Below, piece by piece: positions 9,268 through 17,446 of a DNA stretch of 64,000 nucleotides; positions within the stretch are counted from its first letter, which is position 1, and each line of letters opens with the position of its first letter. A model generated the notes under the pieces. That model made no database searches. It had not been told where the DNA came from and worked only from the letters and a program-made list of their open reading frames with translations. The DNA is from Gemmatimonadota bacterium (lineage in GTDB: Bacteria; JAAXHH01). The stretch spans positions 15,387 through 79,386 of the forward strand of contig JAPPBT010000005.1 of assembly GCA_026702745.1 (NCBI GenBank), read 5' to 3'. A program made the translations under genes and the position numbers.

Positions 9268-9464
9268 CTAAATGCTCTCTGATTACTTACATCGCAGTAG
9301 GACATATGAAACCTACTGATTTGTAGTCCTGGTGTATGATCCTACAATCTCTTAAAAATACATGTTTCGTATAATGTAATCAAACCCAAAGCGGACTCAT
9401 GGCAATTCAAGTGGACTCATAGCATTTCAAGCGCATCTGACGGACGAATGCTTACCGAGGCGAG

Positions 9465-9532
9465 TGCAATTTCAAGGCAATATACAAAACATATTGAATA
9501 TTGCACAAAAACATTGCATATTTAAAATTGCA
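9465..9532 (+). promoter_or_regulatory. AT-rich promoter/operator region with three ATTGCA direct repeats and an inverted TGCAAT
   Basis: ATTGCA at 9500, 9513 and 9527; TGCAAT at 9465; TTGCAC-16-TAAAAT promoter-like motif; inner inverted repeat CAATAT-N7-ATATTG. Confidence 0.55.
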
Positions 9533-9559
9533 AGACATTTCATTCGCGGGAGGTTATTG

Positions 9560-10666
9560 ATGACGACAGGGCTTATCGGCAGGCGAATCAAGGCGTTGCG
9601 CGAGGAACGCGGGTTATCGCAGGAAAATGTAGCGAAAATCTTCGGGTTCAGTGATCGGCAGACGGTATCGGCTATCGAGACGGGCGCGAGACGCGTGACG
9701 GCGGAGGAACTGCTGCTCGCCGTCGAAAGACTGGGCGCACCGCTTGAGTACTTTACCGACCCGTTCCTGCTGGCGGGAGAAGGACGCTTCTCCTGGCGCC
9801 AGACCGGCGTCGAAATTGAACGGCTTGAGGCCTGTGAACAATGCGCCGGTCGCTGGATCGGCGCGTACCGCACGCTCGCGCCACAGGTCGGATACGAAAC
9901 GCCGCTGATGCGTCGGGCGTTCGGTCTTACCCGCCACGCGCGTTTCGAGGACGCCATGGCACTCGGCGAGCGGTTCGTCACCGAGTTGGATCTAGGTGAA
10001 GTCCCTGCCGTGCGCCTCATGGAAGTCATGGAACGCGAACTCGGTATCCTGGTGCTCATGATGGACGCCGAGCGCGGTATCTCCGGCGCGGCGTGCCGCT
10101 TGCCCGAACTCGACGCGGTGCTGATTGCGCGACATGAAGTCGTCGGACGCCGCCACTTCGATCTCGCCCATGAGTTGTTTCACCTCCTGACCTGGGATGC
10201 GATGCCACCCGAACACTCCGAGGATGCGTTGGAGACCGGAGGCAACCGCACCGAGCAACTCACCAACAACTTCGCGGCGGCGGTTCTGATGCCGGCCGCC
10301 ACCCTGGCAAGGTTCGGAAGCTGGTCTGGCCTCGCAGAAGATAAGTTGATCCGGAAACTACATGCGGTGGCGAACGAGTTGCGCGTGACGGCCTCAGCAC
10401 TGAGATGGCGGCTGGTCGCACTAGGCGAACTGAAACCCGCGGTCGCGCGGTCCGTACCTGATGCAGCATTGCGCAACAATAGCACAGAAATGGCCGAGAA
10501 CGGCCTGCCTGCCCTGTTCTCGAGACCGTTCATGGTGGTACTCAGCCTTGCGATCGAAAGGGGCTACATCTCGGTGCGAAGCATTGCCAGCTTGCTTGAC
10601 CTTGACGTCGAGGACCTCGTAGATCTCTTCGCTGCACATGACGTCCAGTGCGCAATTGAGCTGTGA
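9560..10666 (+). CDS. XRE-family HTH fused to an ImmA/IrrE (peptidase M78) metallopeptidase
   Basis: IKALREERGLSQENVAKIFG HTH; RRHFDLAHELFH (HExxH); ATG at 9560 after GGAGG. Confidence 0.9.
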   Translation: MTTGLIGRRIKALREERGLSQENVAKIFGFSDRQTVSAIETGARRVTAEELLLAVERLGAPLEYFTDPFLLAGEGRFSWRQTGVEIERLEACEQCAGRWIGAYRTLAPQVGYETPLMRRAFGLTRHARFEDAMALGERFVTELDLGEVPAVRLMEVMERELGILVLMMDAERGISGAACRLPELDAVLIARHEVVGRRHFDLAHELFHLLTWDAMPPEHSEDALETGGNRTEQLTNNFAAAVLMPAATLARFGSWSGLAEDKLIRKLHAVANELRVTASALRWRLVALGELKPAVARSVPDAALRNNSTEMAENGLPALFSRPFMVVLSLAIERGYISVRSIASLLDLDVEDLVDLFAAHDVQCAIEL

Positions 10667-10672
10667 GGTGTC

Positions 10673-11188
10673 ATGGCCCGGGATCGAGGTACCGTGTTGG
10701 TTGATACTAACGTCATACTGGAGTCCTATCGGTCAGGCTCGTGGCGAGCGTTGGCCGGTGGTTATCCGGTGGAATCCGTTGAAGAATGCGTCGATGAAAC
10801 GCAGCCGTGTTTTCAGCGTCGCAGGGCGGCGATTCGAGTTAGCGAAGGCGAATTGCGAGATTCCGTGAAAGCGGTCCATTCGGTCGGTAACCCCGAACAC
10901 GCAGGATTGGCCGTTCGAATCCACAATATCGCTTTGGATCGGGGAGAGGCTTCGCTTTGGGCGCATGCACTGAGCAGGACCGACGCATGGGTCTTGTGCG
11001 GACCGGACCGAGCCAGTCTTCGATGCGGTGTCCGGCTTGGGTTCCGACGGCGACTGGTGTCCCTCGAGGAACTCCTCAATGGTGTCGGTTACCGGTCAAG
11101 AATCAACCTTCGCCCGCAGTACACGAAGCGTTGGCATGAGAGCGTGCTTGGTGAAATACTTCTTACGGAAGAAGATCAAATCACATAA
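10673..11188 (+). CDS. PIN-like domain protein, partner of the XRE-ImmA gene
   Basis: VLVDTNVILE, LDRGEASL and CGPDRAS acidic PIN-type residues; 6 bp downstream of the ImmA gene. Confidence 0.75.
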   Translation: MARDRGTVLVDTNVILESYRSGSWRALAGGYPVESVEECVDETQPCFQRRRAAIRVSEGELRDSVKAVHSVGNPEHAGLAVRIHNIALDRGEASLWAHALSRTDAWVLCGPDRASLRCGVRLGFRRRLVSLEELLNGVGYRSRINLRPQYTKRWHESVLGEILLTEEDQIT

Positions 11189-11213
11189 GAACGCTTGGTA
11201 GGACGAAGTGACA

Positions 11214-12020
11214 TTACTCTTCGCTACGTACGGCAATCCCGCCTTGCGTCACACCGTCCTTCCGCCGGTCGACCGCACGCACGTGCTCCGTGTAGTCGTC
11301 GCTGCGAAAGTAGGCGCTGTCCAGGTTGTCCGTTTCGGACGTGACCGATGCGGTGACCCAGTGCGTCGCGTAGCCGCGCCGCCAGCGGTCCGATGTATTG
11401 CGGCGCGAGGAATGGAGCGTTTCCGAGTGGTGGAAGACCACACCGCCCTTGCGCACCGGCGCGGAGGCTTCCATCTCCCAGTCGATCAGGTTGTCCGGGG
11501 GCGCCAGGTTGTAGGGCTGGCCGGGGACCTCCACGTGGTCGATAATCCCCTTCCTGTACGAACCGGAGATGTACCTGAGACAGCCGTTTTCCTCGTCCAC
11601 GTCGTCGAGGGCGATCCATGCCGTGATCACGTGGCCGCCCGGCGTGCACCGGAAATAGAAGTTGTCCTGGTGGTAGGGCTTCTCCGACCCAAAACGTGGC
11701 GGTTTCATGAAGAGTTGGTCGCTCTTGAGCAGGGGTTCTTCACCAGTGAGCTGACGGAGGATGTCCCGAAGCCGGTCATCTATTGCGAAATCGCGGAACG
11801 TCGGGTGGCGCAAATACGGACTGTCGATCTTGCGCGGAGCGGTCTCGCCTGATTCGGAACGATCCAGCAGATAACCCTCCATGGATTCCTCTACGTCCAT
11901 GGCATCCGCCGTTTCCACGGCCAATCGGGCGACTTCGTCCGCTTCATCGGGAGAATAGACGCCCTCGACCACAAGCCATCCACGCTCGTGGAATATCCGG
12001 ACCTGTTCTTCGCTGATCAT
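11214..12020 (-). CDS. PhyH family dioxygenase
   Basis: Start reassigned to MISEEQVRIFHERGWL; YHQD and TLHSS triad. Confidence 0.9.
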   Translation of the reverse strand: MISEEQVRIFHERGWLVVEGVYSPDEADEVARLAVETADAMDVEESMEGYLLDRSESGETAPRKIDSPYLRHPTFRDFAIDDRLRDILRQLTGEEPLLKSDQLFMKPPRFGSEKPYHQDNFYFRCTPGGHVITAWIALDDVDEENGCLRYISGSYRKGIIDHVEVPGQPYNLAPPDNLIDWEMEASAPVRKGGVVFHHSETLHSSRRNTSDRWRRGYATHWVTASVTSETDNLDSAYFRSDDYTEHVRAVDRRKDGVTQGGIAVRSEE

Positions 12021-12054
12021 TCCGTCATCCTTCCCGGTCGCCGCCAATCGTCCG

Positions 12055-12819
12055 TCATCCGTTCCGCAGTGCGTCCAGGTTGTCCTGCAGGACGCGCATT
12101 CCGTAGCCCATTGGGCTTCCGACGTTGATGTACCGATAGCCCCAGTCGATCTTTTCTCGGATCTCCTCCATACCGTCCAGGGTGGTGCCCGCCATGATGC
12201 CTGAACCATCCAGGCGCTTCGGAACATCCCGCATAATCGACTGTACCTCCCTGGAATCCGTCTGGGTGATCACGCCCAGGGTGGCGGACAGGTCCGTGGG
12301 ACCGACGAAGAGCACGTCGATCCCATCGACCTGCATGATCTCGTCGAGGTTCTCGTAGGCTTCCAGGCTTTCGATCTGGAGCACGAGGACGGTCTCTTCA
12401 TTAGCCGTCCGGACCACATGGTTGAAATCCAGTCCCGCCAACATGGCCCAGTAAGGTGAAATACCCCGGTTTCCTTCCGGAGCGTACCGGGCATACTGAA
12501 CGGCGCGCTCCGCCTCTTCGGCGGTGTTGACCTGGGGTATCATGACGGCCACTGCACCGATGTCGTAAGCCTTCTTGACGAGGGCGGGATCGTTCCAGGC
12601 GACGCGGATCATGGGCGCCACGTCTCTCTGGCGCGCGATCACCGGCACCATGTCCAGGTCTTCCACGGCGCTCGCGGAATGCTCGGTGTCGATCCAGAGG
12701 AAATCAACGTCGGAACGGCATACCACCGAGGCCGTGAACGAATCGTGGGCGGGCAGGACCGTGCCCAGCAGCAACTCGCCGTCCCGGATGCGCTGTTTCA
12801 GCGGGTTCGGGTACTTCAT
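12055..12819 (-). CDS. HpcH/HpaI aldolase family protein
   Basis: WIDTEHS, LQIESLEA and LFVGPTDLS motifs. Confidence 0.9.
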   Translation of the reverse strand: MKYPNPLKQRIRDGELLLGTVLPAHDSFTASVVCRSDVDFLWIDTEHSASAVEDLDMVPVIARQRDVAPMIRVAWNDPALVKKAYDIGAVAVMIPQVNTAEEAERAVQYARYAPEGNRGISPYWAMLAGLDFNHVVRTANEETVLVLQIESLEAYENLDEIMQVDGIDVLFVGPTDLSATLGVITQTDSREVQSIMRDVPKRLDGSGIMAGTTLDGMEEIREKIDWGYRYINVGSPMGYGMRVLQDNLDALRNG

Positions 12820-12928
12820 CTAGACCCTGCACCTTTCTGACACGCCGAAACGCGCGCCTTGTTGTCCTGCCGACAGCTGAGACGCCACGGGCTTAAAACG
12901 CACCGCGCACCTGCAACGCACCACACGC

Positions 12929-14089
12929 CTATAACGCGCTGCGTTCCCGCTTGAAGGCGGAGATGAAGGCCTCGTTCTCCCTGGGCAGGCCGACGGATAT
13001 GCGCATGAAGCCTTCCATGTCGAAGGCCTGCCGGACGTAGACCTTCTTCTCCCACAGGCGGTCGATCAGCGTGTTCACGTTGGGACCGACTTCCACGGTG
13101 ACGAAGATCGTCTGCGTACGGATGGGGCTGTACCCCATGGCCTCGAGTTCCGCGTACAGATATGCCTTGCCCCGGCGCGTGGATTCCACCGACCGGCGGA
13201 CATGCTCCTGGTCGTCCAGCGCCGCGAGGGCGGCCACGGTGGACAGGGTATTCTTGTTGAGCATGCCGATGCTGAACCACGCCATGCGGTCAAGTAGCGC
13301 GGGATGGGCGATACCGTAACCGACCCGCATGCCACCCAGTCCGTAGGCCTTCGAGAAGGTCCTGGAAACCAGCAGGTTTTCCACTTCCTTGGTCAGGGAA
13401 ATCATGGATGAATAGTCGGGATCGTCCACGAACTGGATGTAGGCCTCGTCCACACAGACGATGACGTCCTTCGGCATGGCCCGGATCGTCCGTTCCAGTT
13501 CGGCCGGATCGAGTATCTGGCCGGTGGGATTGTTTGGATTGCAGATGCTGATGATCCGGGTATCCCCGTCCACGGCTGCCGCCATGGCGTCCAGGTCCAT
13601 CTGCCAGTCCCCGGTCAGCGGCACTTTCTTGACGGCCTGTCCGAGTTCCTCCGCCGTTCTCGGTATGGACCGGTAGGACGGGAAGGCCGTGACCGCGTTT
13701 CCCGGATTTTCCCAGAAGGCTGCCAGCGTAGCCGTGAGCAGGATCTCCGACGAGCCCACGCCCAGGACAACGGATTCGACGTCGACGTCGTGATGGGCTG
13801 CGAGGGCTTCCTCGAGCCGGTCGTGCATGGTATACCGGTTCATGCCGAACATCTTGCCGGCCACCGCCTCGATGGCCCGTTGCGAGGCGCCCAGGGGATT
13901 CTCGTTGATGCTGAGCTGGACCAGCGTGGGATCGTCGAGTCCGACGCCGTTCACCTCCTGCATCGTGGTTCCGCTGACCATCTGGGCGGCCGCCTCCCAG
14001 ACCGGCGTGCCGATGAGCGAAACGCCCGCGCCTCCCAGCGCCGTGTTTCGCAAGAAACTACGCCGGTTCATGCCTTGTTCGTCAGCCAT
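12929..14089 (-). CDS. HisC-like class II PLP aminotransferase with a Tat signal peptide
   Basis: MNRRSFL twin-arginine motif; CNPNNPTG, VDEAYI, SRTFSKAYGLGGMRVGY. Confidence 0.88.
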   Translation of the reverse strand: MADEQGMNRRSFLRNTALGGAGVSLIGTPVWEAAAQMVSGTTMQEVNGVGLDDPTLVQLSINENPLGASQRAIEAVAGKMFGMNRYTMHDRLEEALAAHHDVDVESVVLGVGSSEILLTATLAAFWENPGNAVTAFPSYRSIPRTAEELGQAVKKVPLTGDWQMDLDAMAAAVDGDTRIISICNPNNPTGQILDPAELERTIRAMPKDVIVCVDEAYIQFVDDPDYSSMISLTKEVENLLVSRTFSKAYGLGGMRVGYGIAHPALLDRMAWFSIGMLNKNTLSTVAALAALDDQEHVRRSVESTRRGKAYLYAELEAMGYSPIRTQTIFVTVEVGPNVNTLIDRLWEKKVYVRQAFDMEGFMRISVGLPRENEAFISAFKRERSAL

Positions 14090-14288
14090 GATAACCTCCG
14101 TACTAGTTGGTAATCTAATTGCATGTTATCTCGGGGGAAATGTGCGTCCCGAATGATGGAAAGTCAAAGTTTCTTTTGGCCTTGAAAAGGGTGCGCGATA
14201 TGGGTACACTGGAGGCGGTGCCGCGTTCGCTGCAACGCCGTTTTATTTGCAGCGCCTTTCAGCTACCCAGCCATCGCGAGGAGTTTTC

Positions 14289-15296
14289 ATGAACGTACCA
14301 GACTATCAGGATTTCGATCGGAGCTTCTGGGACGAGGAACTGGCCGGTTTCGTGCCGGATACCGTCTACGACATGCACGTGCACATGTGGTCGGAACGGC
14401 ACCGGGGCAAGCTGCCCCCGGACCCCACCGGGCTCCGGGTGGAGATCGACTACCAGGACCACCTGGCCTGGGCGGAGAAACTGTATCCGGGCCGCAGGAT
14501 ACATTACCTGGTTCTGGGCACGCCGATCCCCGGCGGGATCGACACGGAAGGCCACAACGACTGGATGGCCGAGGAGATGAAGCAGGACCCCGAATCGGCG
14601 ATCAACATGATGGTCACGCCCGACATGTCGCCGGAATATGTTGCAACGCAGGTCAAGCGACACGGGTTCCTGGGCCTGAAACCCTACCGGACCTTCGCGC
14701 CGGACCCCACCCACTGCCGCATCCGGGACTTCCTGCCCGAGTCCTTCATCGAGGTGGCCCACGACCTGGGCCTCGCCATCACCATGCACATGTCCAAGCC
14801 CGAAGGGCCGGCGGACGCGGACAACCAGCAGGATCTGGCGGACTACACGAAGCGTTATCCCCGCGCCCAGTGGATCCTCGCCCATTGCGCCCGGGCCTTC
14901 AACTGCTTCATGATGGAGCGCGCCATCCACTTTCTCACGGACCTGCCCAATATCTGGTACGACACGTCGGCCGTGAACGACCTCTACTCCCAGTACCTGC
15001 TGATGAAACACGAGGACCGCTCGCGCGTCATGTTCGGTTCGGACAACGTGGTGGCGGGCTGCGCCCGGGGCAAGTACGTCACCTACGGGCGGGCGTGGAC
15101 CTACTACGAGGGCACGACGGAGACGACGCCCCACTGCGATTCGCGGGCGACGCTGGTCATCTACGAGCAGCTGCGGCAGGAGAAACAGGTGGCGGACATG
15201 CTGGGCCTGACGTCGCAGGAGATCGAAGACCATTTCTCCGGCAACGCCCGGCGGTTCCTGCAGCAGGTCCGCGGGCAACAGGACTGGCGGCGGTAA
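14289..15296 (+). CDS. Amidohydrolase family protein (TIM barrel)
   Basis: DMHVH, TMHM, ILAHCAR, YDTSA, MFGSD; ATG at 14289 after GAGGAG. Confidence 0.85.
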   Translation: MNVPDYQDFDRSFWDEELAGFVPDTVYDMHVHMWSERHRGKLPPDPTGLRVEIDYQDHLAWAEKLYPGRRIHYLVLGTPIPGGIDTEGHNDWMAEEMKQDPESAINMMVTPDMSPEYVATQVKRHGFLGLKPYRTFAPDPTHCRIRDFLPESFIEVAHDLGLAITMHMSKPEGPADADNQQDLADYTKRYPRAQWILAHCARAFNCFMMERAIHFLTDLPNIWYDTSAVNDLYSQYLLMKHEDRSRVMFGSDNVVAGCARGKYVTYGRAWTYYEGTTETTPHCDSRATLVIYEQLRQEKQVADMLGLTSQEIEDHFSGNARRFLQQVRGQQDWRR

Positions 15297-15327
15297 GTCG
15301 GCAGGCCGCCCCATAAGCGATCGCATC

Positions 15328-16179
15328 CTACCCCCTCGACGGCTCCTCCATCCTCAGCCTGGCCTTGCGGACTTCCTCCACGAGATGATCCTGGTGGGCC
15401 AGGGGTTGTTCCAGGTGCTTCATGCGCGCCGGACCGGCCGTTTCCAGCATGGCTTCCCCGTAGATGCTGTCGAGCCAGAAACGGGCGGCAGCGGCGATCT
15501 CGTTCTTCAGCAAATGTACATCCTTTTCGCTGAACCGGGCCGTGCAGTTGATCGTGAACATCCTGCGCCGGTCGCTCCCGCCCCATGCGCTGTGCTTGGT
15601 GTTCTGGTTGAAAACGACGATGTCCCCCGGCTGCGTCTCGAGGGCCACAGCCGGTACCTCCCAGCCTCCAATACCCCAGTTTTCACCCGATTTCCTGATC
15701 TGGGATTCAAGCGAATCGGCATATGCATCGCCCCACCGGTGACTGCCCGGAATGACCCGCAGCGCGCCCGTTTCCCGCGTAAGTGGGTCGAGGTAGAGGG
15801 CCATTTTGAAATAGATGCGGGGTGGGGCACCACGCTTCTTGCCGGACCAGTCCGTGTCGGAATGCCAGTTGGTATCGCTGACATAGAAGTTGCCGTCGCT
15901 GCCCAGGTAGACAAAGTCATCCCCCAGGAGGCTGCCAAAAATGCCGTTGACGCGGGGGTCGTCGATGAGCGAGGACAGCACGGGATGCTGGTCGATGAAG
16001 GGCACGATACAGGACCGCGCCGTCCCGTCGTGGGGCTTGCCGTCATGGCCGCCGCCGCGCTCGTCCCATACGGCCTCGAAGGCGCCCGTGATCTCTTCGA
16101 TACGGTCCTTCAGCAACCCGGGAAAACCGAGGTAGCCGAAGGTGTCCATGAACGCGAGTTGCTCTTTCGTCAGTCGCAT
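15328..16179 (-). CDS. PhyH family dioxygenase
   Basis: LTKEQLAFMDTFGYL, WHSD, TKHSA. Confidence 0.88.
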   Translation of the reverse strand: MRLTKEQLAFMDTFGYLGFPGLLKDRIEEITGAFEAVWDERGGGHDGKPHDGTARSCIVPFIDQHPVLSSLIDDPRVNGIFGSLLGDDFVYLGSDGNFYVSDTNWHSDTDWSGKKRGAPPRIYFKMALYLDPLTRETGALRVIPGSHRWGDAYADSLESQIRKSGENWGIGGWEVPAVALETQPGDIVVFNQNTKHSAWGGSDRRRMFTINCTARFSEKDVHLLKNEIAAAARFWLDSIYGEAMLETAGPARMKHLEQPLAHQDHLVEEVRKARLRMEEPSRG

Positions 16180-16194
16180 GGGATGTTCTCCGCG

Positions 16195-16278
16195 CCGGAC
16201 CGATGCAAGCACCGGACCGCTACAGGTGCCGGACCGCTACAGGTGCCGGACCGTTGCAAGCACCGGACCGCTGCCAGG
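16195..16278. repeat. 17-bp tandem repeat with CCGGACCG core (5 units in an A-B-B-A'-B' pattern) in a divergent intergenic region
   Basis: CCGGACCGATGCAAGCA, CCGGACCGCTACAGGTG x2, CCGGACCGTTGCAAGCA, CCGGACCGCTGCCAGG. Confidence 0.85.
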
Positions 16279-16444
16279 GTCAGGTTTAGGGCTTGTAAGG
16301 CTTCGGTGGATCGAATACGTTCCTGAATATAACGCGCCTATGCCGCAAGGCGATAGAAAACACCCCGGAAATCGTAACAATATCACAATCGCACTCACAG
16401 TTAAAACCGTTTGGCCAGGTTGGACCCAAAGGAAGGAGCGTTCC

Positions 16445-17377
16445 ATGCGCCGGTTTACCCGCACCCCCTATCTCTCCGGACCGGACGATCCGGCATTCAA
16501 GGAGATCCGCGGCGTCCTCGAACCCGGTGAGACGGTCCAGGTCGAGACCTACGGCGGGCACGACCAGGACTATCTTGCCAAGAAGGACCTGCGGGCCGGG
16601 GCGGTCATGGACGTGGATCCCTACCGGTATTCACGGCCGTGCGGACCCTTCCACATCGAGGGGATCGAGGCCGGGGACTGGGTGTCCGTGGAGATCCTCG
16701 ACATGGAGGTCGGTCCCTACGGCTTCTACCGCAACGGCGGCCCCCACTGGGGCAGTCTGCGCCTGATCGCGCCGGTGCGGGACGGCCTGGTCCATTTCCC
16801 GCCCGATTTCGTGGTGCCGGTCCGGCCCATGATCGGCGTCGTCATGCTGGAATCGGTCGCCCTCCACCAGATCGATACGGGCGGCAACATGGACTTCAAC
16901 GCGATCCAACCGGGCAGCACGGTCCACATTTGTGCCCAGAAACCGGGTGGACTGCTGTCCCTGGGCGACGTGCACGCCCGGATGGGGGACGGCGAGCTGA
17001 CGGGGACAGGCGTGGAGATCGATTCGACGATCACGATGCGCGTGGACCGGTCGCCCGGGTTTCCGTGCAGCGCTCCGGTCGTAGAGAAGACCCGCATCGT
17101 GGAGTCGCAGGAGGAGTATCTGACCAGCGGGCAGGGCTACAATTGGGAAGAGGCCGTCAAGATCGCCTGGAGCGAGATGAACGCCCTGATCGCGGAACGG
17201 TACGATACCACCGTGGAGTACGCCAACCTCATCGTCGGCACCATCGCCGACGCCCGTCCGGGCTACGCCGCCGGCCTGCTGAACCGCCGCGGCAACGTGG
17301 ACGCCCAGGCCTACGTGACCTGCCAGATGGCGGTGACGAAGGACCTGCGGCGAACAGGGACGCCCTACGTGCCCTAA
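16445..17377 (+). CDS. Acetamidase/formamidase family protein
   Basis: GGNMD and LSLGDVHARMGDGE metal-binding motifs; ATG at 16445 after AAGGAG. Confidence 0.88.
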   Translation: MRRFTRTPYLSGPDDPAFKEIRGVLEPGETVQVETYGGHDQDYLAKKDLRAGAVMDVDPYRYSRPCGPFHIEGIEAGDWVSVEILDMEVGPYGFYRNGGPHWGSLRLIAPVRDGLVHFPPDFVVPVRPMIGVVMLESVALHQIDTGGNMDFNAIQPGSTVHICAQKPGGLLSLGDVHARMGDGELTGTGVEIDSTITMRVDRSPGFPCSAPVVEKTRIVESQEEYLTSGQGYNWEEAVKIAWSEMNALIAERYDTTVEYANLIVGTIADARPGYAAGLLNRRGNVDAQAYVTCQMAVTKDLRRTGTPYVP

Positions 17378-17446
17378 GCAGGATAGAGCGTCGGAAGGCG
17401 GCATCGCCCACGCGGCCATGCCCGACGAGACCGTCAACTACGTGCC

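Noticed and set aside
9268-9460. TPP riboswitch upstream of tenA
   Set aside because: I found no CUGAGA / AUACC / CUGAU / UAAU core in the right order on the minus strand.
12929-14089. Calling the aminotransferase hisC
   Set aside because: The Tat signal and absence of his genes argue against a role in histidine biosynthesis.
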